Origin: Spirochaetia bacterium
GTDB taxonomy: Bacteria; Spirochaetota; Spirochaetia; UBA9216
Assembly: GCA_963677925.2 (NCBI GenBank)
Contig: CAXXYH010000003.1
Span: 736,001-800,000, forward strand
Direction: 5' to 3'
Length of the DNA: 64,000 nucleotides
The notes beneath the pieces are model-generated. The model was given only the letters and a program-made list of their open reading frames with translations. It was not told the DNA's origin and ran no database searches. Positions within the stretch are counted from its first letter, which is position 1; each line of letters starts with the position of its first letter. The position numbers and the translations under genes were made by a program. This document shows, in pieces, positions 57,172 through 64,000 of this stretch.

Positions 57172-59103
57172 ATGAATACTCAGTACCCCCATCTCTTGGA
57201 ACCGATTAAAATCGGTAATAAAACTTTCAGGAACCGTATGTTTACAGCTCCTATTACCTTACACTCAATACAGGCAACTGAACCCTATCCTACCGAAGCG
57301 GCAATAACTCACTTTGCAAACAAAGCCCGCGGAGGTGCAGGCTGTGTTACAGTTGCCGGTGTAAGCATATTCCCGCACAGACATGACGCAGAGCATGCTG
57401 CATGGGATGTATACGAAAAATCTAATGTACACTATCTGGCACAACTTGCTGAACGAATCCATTTTTTCGGTGCTAAAGCATCTATGGAACTGGGTGTTGC
57501 AGGTGTTGTGGGAGGTGAATACGGAGCCAGCGACGGAATTACCCTTATGGCCGGGAATCCAGCCAAAGAGATGCCTGAATCAGAGATGGAGCGGATTGCT
57601 GAGGGTTATGCATTCACAGCCGGTGCCTGTAAAACCGCCGGCTTTGACATGGTTCTGCTGCATTTCGGCCACGGGCTGCTTGTAGGCCAGTTCCTCTCTC
57701 CGCTTACCAACAAGAGAAAAGACAAGTACGGCGGAAGTGCAGAGAACAGAGCCAGATTCCCAATGATGATAATCGATAAAATAAGGGAAAAGGTTGGAAA
57801 TGATCTTCTTATTGAGCTGAGAATCAGCGGTGATGAACATGAAGAAGGCGGAATTACAATCGATGATGCAATAGCTTTCGCCAAGACAGCTGAGGAGAAG
57901 GTAGACCTCATCCACGTATCAGCCGGTATTCACGACCCCCTTCATATGACGATTGTCCACCCCTGTGACTTCCTTCCCCCAATGCCTAACCTTCCTCTTG
58001 CAGAAGCAATGAAGAAGTCGGGTATCAAAATTCCGGTAGTAACAATCGGAGGTATCCAGGAACTTTCCGCAGCTGAAAAAGCCCTGGCTGAAGGCAAGGC
58101 GGATATTGTAACATCAGCACGCGGTGTAATTGCCGAACCAAATCTTGCTGAACTGGCATATGCCGGCCGAGGTGATGATGTCCGCCCCTGTGTTAAATGT
58201 ATGCGCTGCCACGACAGTGCAGTATATGAATATCACTACTCATGTACTGTAAATCCTGAAATTGGTATTGAACATAAACTGCCGGAGATCGTAACACCGG
58301 CGGATAAATTAAAAAAAGTTATTATAGTGGGCGGAGGTCCCGCAGGAATGCAGGCTGCCCTTACATGTGCTGAAAGAGGACATGATGTAACTATATATGA
58401 AAAGACTGACAGTTTAGGCGGAACTCTAAAGTTCAGTGAAAAGGTTGAGTTTAAATACGATCTTAGAAAATTCAAGGATTTCTTAGTCTACCAGGTTCAG
58501 AAGGCTGATATTAATGTGAAACTGAATACGGCAGCCGATCCCGAAACCCTCAGTAAAGAGGGGGCAGATGTGGTTATTGCTGCAGTAGGGGCTGCACCCT
58601 TTGTTCCGCCAATCAAAGGTATTGAAAATAAAAATGTAATTATGGCTCTTGATTCTTACGGAATGGAGAGTGAACTTTCAGATAATGTGATAGTTATCGG
58701 AGGCGGACAGGTTGGTGTAGAAACAGCTTTACACCTTGCAAAACTAGGCAAGAAAACCACTATAATTGAAATGCAGTCCGCTCTCGCTCCCGACGCATCC
58801 ATGACTCATCGTGATGAAATTATCTGGGAGCTTAATCACGAAAAAAATGTTGAAATAATTACTTCTGCCAGGTGTAAATCGATCAATAACGATTCAATTA
58901 CTTACTCTGATGCGGAAGGCAAGGAACATAACCTGAATGCCGGAAATGTAATAATCGCCGTAGGAATGAAATCACTTGGTGATGAGGCAGACAAATTCAG
59001 GAATTCAGCATTAAACAGATTTTACTCAATCGGCGACTGTATGAAGGTTGGAACTGTTGAACAGGCAGTAAAAAACGCATACTACGCCGCTGTAAACATC
59101 TGA
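57172..59103 (+). CDS. NADH:flavin oxidoreductase (OYE + Fe-S + FAD)
   Basis: HFGHGLL, NKRKDKYGGS.ENR, CVKCMRC, GGGPAG. Confidence 0.9.
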   Translation: MNTQYPHLLEPIKIGNKTFRNRMFTAPITLHSIQATEPYPTEAAITHFANKARGGAGCVTVAGVSIFPHRHDAEHAAWDVYEKSNVHYLAQLAERIHFFGAKASMELGVAGVVGGEYGASDGITLMAGNPAKEMPESEMERIAEGYAFTAGACKTAGFDMVLLHFGHGLLVGQFLSPLTNKRKDKYGGSAENRARFPMMIIDKIREKVGNDLLIELRISGDEHEEGGITIDDAIAFAKTAEEKVDLIHVSAGIHDPLHMTIVHPCDFLPPMPNLPLAEAMKKSGIKIPVVTIGGIQELSAAEKALAEGKADIVTSARGVIAEPNLAELAYAGRGDDVRPCVKCMRCHDSAVYEYHYSCTVNPEIGIEHKLPEIVTPADKLKKVIIVGGGPAGMQAALTCAERGHDVTIYEKTDSLGGTLKFSEKVEFKYDLRKFKDFLVYQVQKADINVKLNTAADPETLSKEGADVVIAAVGAAPFVPPIKGIENKNVIMALDSYGMESELSDNVIVIGGGQVGVETALHLAKLGKKTTIIEMQSALAPDASMTHRDEIIWELNHEKNVEIITSARCKSINNDSITYSDAEGKEHNLNAGNVIIAVGMKSLGDEADKFRNSALNRFYSIGDCMKVGTVEQAVKNAYYAAVNI

Positions 59104-59130
59104 TATAATTTTAACGAGGTTTTTAAGATA

Positions 59131-60348
59131 ATGAGTGAAAAATTAACTAAAAAAGCCTGGTCAGTGCTCATCGCTGCTGTAGTAATCAATTTCTTCAGCG
59201 GTATGGGCTACATCTGGAGTATCATCGGTAAAGAACTGATGAACCAGCTTAACTGGACCAGTCTTCAGTCTTCGCTCCCCTACACCGTATTTTCGATTTC
59301 ATTTGCGTTATCGATGGCGGTTGCTGGTCCGATTCAGGACAGAAAGGGACCGAAATTTATTGCAACAATGGGTAGCATTCTTATCGGCGGAGGTCTGATA
59401 CTTACGGGGTTTGCTCTCAAGCCGGCTCTTATGGTGCTCACATACGGACTAATGACCGGATTCGGTCTCGGGTCAATGTATGCCGCTACAGTTCCGCCTG
59501 CACTTAAGTGGTTCTCTCCTGAGAAAAAAGGAACTATCAACGGTGTCATAGTAGCATCACTTGCTCTTGCATCTGTAATGTATTCACCGCTTACGAAGAC
59601 ACTCATGCACAATATGGGTATAGCTCCTACTTTCTGGATTATCGGCGTCGGACTGCTTATCATTCAGACATGTGTATCACAGCTTCTTGTGAATCCGCCT
59701 GCAGGATATCAGGCAGGAGCCGCGGTTAAATCCCGTGATGCAGTAAAAAATGAGACAATAGAAGTAAAACCGCTTGAAGTACTTAAAACCGGCAATTTCT
59801 ACAAGATGTGGATAATGTTTACTCTCTCAGCTGCTTCCAGCCTTATGGTAATCGGACATGCTGCTAATATTGCCAAATATCAGGCTTCATGGGAGGGTGG
59901 ATTTATTCTTGTAATTCTGCTTGCAGTATTCAATGCCCTTGGAAGATCGATGGGCGGAACGCTTTCTGATAAGATTGGCAGACCGAATCTCATGCGATTG
60001 ACCTTTATTATTCAGGCAATTAACATGTTTTTGTTTGCGTTTTACACAAACTACATTATACTGATGATCGGTGTTGCAATTGCAGGTATATGTTATGGTT
60101 CTACTATGGTAGTATTCTCTGCAGCTACTGCAGACCTGTACGGAATGAAGAATTTCGGCGCAAACTACGGGATGGTATTCACAGCCTGGGGTATTGCAGG
60201 AGTTCTGGGTCCAATACCGAGTGCTATTATTTTTGATGCTACCGGCAGCTTTAATTCAGCATACCTGCTCTCAGGAGCCCTGGTTATCATATCGCTGATA
60301 ATTGCCTTTACATTCAAAAATAAAACTGTTGATAATATATCAGCCTGA
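59131..60348 (+). CDS. OFA-family (OxlT-like) MFS transporter
   Basis: YIWS, G.IQDR.GP, KWF.P..KG, FNALGR, KNFGANYG. Confidence 0.9.
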   Translation: MSEKLTKKAWSVLIAAVVINFFSGMGYIWSIIGKELMNQLNWTSLQSSLPYTVFSISFALSMAVAGPIQDRKGPKFIATMGSILIGGGLILTGFALKPALMVLTYGLMTGFGLGSMYAATVPPALKWFSPEKKGTINGVIVASLALASVMYSPLTKTLMHNMGIAPTFWIIGVGLLIIQTCVSQLLVNPPAGYQAGAAVKSRDAVKNETIEVKPLEVLKTGNFYKMWIMFTLSAASSLMVIGHAANIAKYQASWEGGFILVILLAVFNALGRSMGGTLSDKIGRPNLMRLTFIIQAINMFLFAFYTNYIILMIGVAIAGICYGSTMVVFSAATADLYGMKNFGANYGMVFTAWGIAGVLGPIPSAIIFDATGSFNSAYLLSGALVIISLIIAFTFKNKTVDNISA

Positions 60349-60393
60349 TGTATTCAGACTGGTTATTATAGTATTCATTTTTCACCCGCTTTC

Positions 60394-60430
60394 AGGGAAC
60401 GGAATCTGTCAGATTCCGTTCCCTCTTTTT
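60394..60430 (+). terminator. Intrinsic terminator
   Basis: 15-bp perfect inverted repeat AGGGAACGGAATCTG/CAGATTCCGTTCCCT followed by a T tract. Confidence 0.85.
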
Positions 60431-60444
60431 TATCCTCAGCCTGT

Positions 60445-61479
<1,035 letters not shown>

Positions 61480-61600
61480 CTATACCCTCCATATTCCCTG
61501 GATATTTTATAAAATCCTTAACTATTATGTGATACTATACATTATAGTTGCTGTATACCCGATTCAGCAATGGAAGCATTTGACAGGAGTATGGATAATC

Positions 61601-62485
61601 TTGACTTCATTAAATAACTCCGTACCTGAACCTGAATATTTTTCCTCTCAGGTGAGCGATTCAAGACGTTTCTACAGGAAACTGGACATAAACAGAACAG
61701 GGGCTCTAAAGGTTGTTGCTGGAGGTCTTGAGAAAACTGTCCCCGATTACAGCATAGCAAGAAAAACATTTCCCTATTTTGGAATAGAATTCATCATCGC
61801 CGGAAAAGGAACTCTCACTCTTGGTGATACTGTCCATCCACTTTCAAGGGCGGCATTATTCACCTACAGTCCTGAAATCAATCATACCATTTCAAGTGAT
61901 TCAGAAAATCCGCTTGTTAAGTACTTTATTAATATTACAGGTAATGAGGCTGAAGAACTGATGCAGAGATATATATCCGCAAAATCTGCTGTTTATCATA
62001 TAGCAGCGCCTGAATCCATATTACTTACCCTTGAAGAACTGATAAGAACAGGCATGCTGGATACTCCATACACTGATGATCTATGTACATCGCTTGCGCG
62101 AATTCTGATTATGAAAATTGCCGAATCAGCACTGAAAGGAGATTCATTCTCAGGCAAATCATATTCAACATATTTGAGATGCAGGAAAACCATAGAAGCA
62201 GAATATCTCAGGTTATTTACACTGGCTGACACAGCTAAAATCTGCAATGTTGATGAAGCCTATCTATGCAGACTATTTAAAAAATTTGATTACAGCACGC
62301 CCTACCAATACCTGCTCAAGTTGAAAATGAATCATGCGGCTGAGTTTCTGCATAAGCCTTCGGTATCTGTGGCTGAGGCTGCTGAAGAAACCGGCTACAG
62401 TGATCAGTTTCATTTTTCGAGACTGTTCAAATCAGTCTTCGGAATAAGCCCTGGAGCGTTTTCAAGGCTTTTCAGCAAAACATGA
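61601..62485 (+). CDS. AraC-family regulator (cupin + HTH), divergent from the AKR gene
   Basis: YLCRLFK....TP.QYL and GYSDQFHFSRLFK motifs; start uncertain, TTG at 61601 preferred over GTG at 61529. Confidence 0.85.
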   Translation: MTSLNNSVPEPEYFSSQVSDSRRFYRKLDINRTGALKVVAGGLEKTVPDYSIARKTFPYFGIEFIIAGKGTLTLGDTVHPLSRAALFTYSPEINHTISSDSENPLVKYFINITGNEAEELMQRYISAKSAVYHIAAPESILLTLEELIRTGMLDTPYTDDLCTSLARILIMKIAESALKGDSFSGKSYSTYLRCRKTIEAEYLRLFTLADTAKICNVDEAYLCRLFKKFDYSTPYQYLLKLKMNHAAEFLHKPSVSVAEAAEETGYSDQFHFSRLFKSVFGISPGAFSRLFSKT

Positions 62486-62497
62486 TAATAAAGGATA

Positions 62498-63244
62498 ATG
62501 ATGATTATTACACAAAATCTGACAAAAAGTTACAATGATAAAATAGCGGTCAATGATTTTTCAGCATGTATACAGCCCGGGTCAATTACTGCTTTAATCG
62601 GACCAAATGGAGCCGGCAAATCAACTACTATCAGCATGCTCACAGGCAGCCTGAAACCGGACAGCGGAAAAGTTAAAATTGACGGCCTTGACATCTCAGG
62701 CAGGAATACCGGCTGGAAATATTCGATTGGAATAGTTACTGAAAGATTAAATCTCTTCAATCATCTGACAGTTTATGAGCACATGCTGCTTACTGCTGAA
62801 ATCTTCGGTATTTCCAAAAATGAAACATTAAGCCGGACGGCAGAGCTTCTGAAATTCTTTAATCTTGAAAACTATCAGACCACTACAGCTCAAAACTGTT
62901 CTCTTGGAGTAAGGAAAAAGACAGCATTGTCTATGGCTTTAATTTATAACCCCAAAATCATATTTCTGGATGAGGCTCTTACTGGACTTGACCCGCTCAG
63001 CCTTACCCGTACAAAACTGCTTTTAAAAAAACTTGCAGATATCGGGCATACGGTTTTTCTTACTACACATATTCTTGATATTGTTGAAAAACTGGCTGAT
63101 CGAATCATTACAATAGATGACGGTAAAATCATAAATGACTCCACATGCAGCAGTCTGCTTAAGCAGTACGGGAATCTCGATAATTTCTTCATTTCTTTCG
63201 CCGAGAGAGATGAAGAAGCAGGAAAACTCAGTTGGCTTTTATAA
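62498..63244 (+). CDS. ABC exporter ATP-binding protein
   Basis: GPNGAGKST, degenerate signature SLG, FLDE...GLDP, TTH. Confidence 0.9.
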   Translation: MMIITQNLTKSYNDKIAVNDFSACIQPGSITALIGPNGAGKSTTISMLTGSLKPDSGKVKIDGLDISGRNTGWKYSIGIVTERLNLFNHLTVYEHMLLTAEIFGISKNETLSRTAELLKFFNLENYQTTTAQNCSLGVRKKTALSMALIYNPKIIFLDEALTGLDPLSLTRTKLLLKKLADIGHTVFLTTHILDIVEKLADRIITIDDGKIINDSTCSSLLKQYGNLDNFFISFAERDEEAGKLSWLL

Positions 63245-64000
63245 GTGCTAAAACAGAAGCAGTTCTCAGATATCAGAGAATATTTCAGAAAAGGCAGTAT
63301 CATATAAATAAACTAAGGGGGGCTGAAGGATTTATTTCATCGTGGCTTTTAGTTGCATTATGTCTTCAAATAGTTTCAAACAATCTTTTTGTAACACAGA
63401 TATCAGATTTTTCACATTACGCTGCAGTCAAAATTTTGAGCTTTAATATTTTTCATCTCAGTATGTTATGGTTCATCGTTCCATTTTTAGTAACCAGATC
63501 AACCATCCGCGAAAACAATCTCTCTGACAGCATTCCGCTGAATTTTCCAATTAGCTCAAATGAACGATTTATTATTCACCTGTTCCGCCTTTTTAAAAAT
63601 CCGTCATTACCTGTTCTTTCCGTATTATCTGTTTTACTTCTTTTCCCTTTTCTATATTTCACCGCTCCTGCGGCTGGAATTTTTACAGGTATAATTTACT
63701 TTGTATTTTGCTTTTTCTCTTCAATCCTGTTTTTTTCGCTTGTTGAGTATTTGACACTTATTACAAATTTGTTTATTGATCTTCATTTGATTTTTTTACT
63801 GCTGCTGGTAATACTGTTATTTTCAAATCCTCATTTCACAATTGAAAACAGAGTTACCAGTATAAATATTTTTGATATGACTTTCCCTTTTATTACAGAT
63901 CTAGGTGAATTTGCCGGGAGTCTATGGTATTTAACTTCATTTATACCGTTGATATTTACTGACTCCCCCGGCTGGATTACAGGCATTCTTGTATCTCTCA
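63232..64000 (+). CDS. Partial multi-TM membrane protein, probable ABC exporter permease (runs off the window)
   Basis: Frame is open from the TTG at 63232 to the window end with no stop, very hydrophobic, overlaps the ATPase end; absent from the ORF track. Confidence 0.7.
   Translation, partial: MAFISAKTEAVLRYQRIFQKRQYHINKLRGAEGFISSWLLVALCLQIVSNNLFVTQISDFSHYAAVKILSFNIFHLSMLWFIVPFLVTRSTIRENNLSDSIPLNFPISSNERFIIHLFRLFKNPSLPVLSVLSVLLLFPFLYFTAPAAGIFTGIIYFVFCFFSSILFFSLVEYLTLITNLFIDLHLIFLLLLVILLFSNPHFTIENRVTSINIFDMTFPFITDLGEFAGSLWYLTSFIPLIFTDSPGWITGILVSL

Overview
Bacterial chromosomal window, most likely from an anaerobic free-living spirochaete (Spirochaetaceae-style 'A-x-G-x-x-E' leader peptides on the solute-binding proteins; this is inference). 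About 1-60.4 kb is one large anaerobic catabolic island for unidentified organic substrates. Transport: a sugar-type ABC importer, two TRAP transporters and two MFS carriers. Redox enzymes: five Old-Yellow-Enzyme/Fe-S/FAD reductases with mostly non-canonical active sites, a radical-SAM-PDZ gene coupled to an acetylene-hydratase/catechol-dehydroxylase-like Mo/W-bisPGD enzyme, a NuoG-GltD fusion with a stand-alone HydB/NuoF C-terminal fragment, a FAD/CCG/FAD oxidoreductase triad, and a non-fumarate flavin reductase. Acyl-CoA chemistry: a thiolase/hbd/crt/ptb/buk/CoA-transferase operon that lacks bcd-etf, a BKACE beta-keto-acid cleavage enzyme and a second butyrate kinase. Other genes: an exported lactonase, a UGSC-family protein with Ala at the Sec position, and UroD-like and SnoaL-like genes. 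Reading the intergenic DNA gave several things the ORF track misses: two repeated promoter motifs linking distant operons (a 44-nt LysR-type architecture, 5 copies; a 40-nt motif, 3 copies), an internally deleted lysR pseudogene, a CTG-initiated reductase, a candidate attenuator/sRNA leader, and a partial permease at the right edge. I saw no rRNA, tRNA, CRISPR array or mobile element. All alignments and counts were done by eye.
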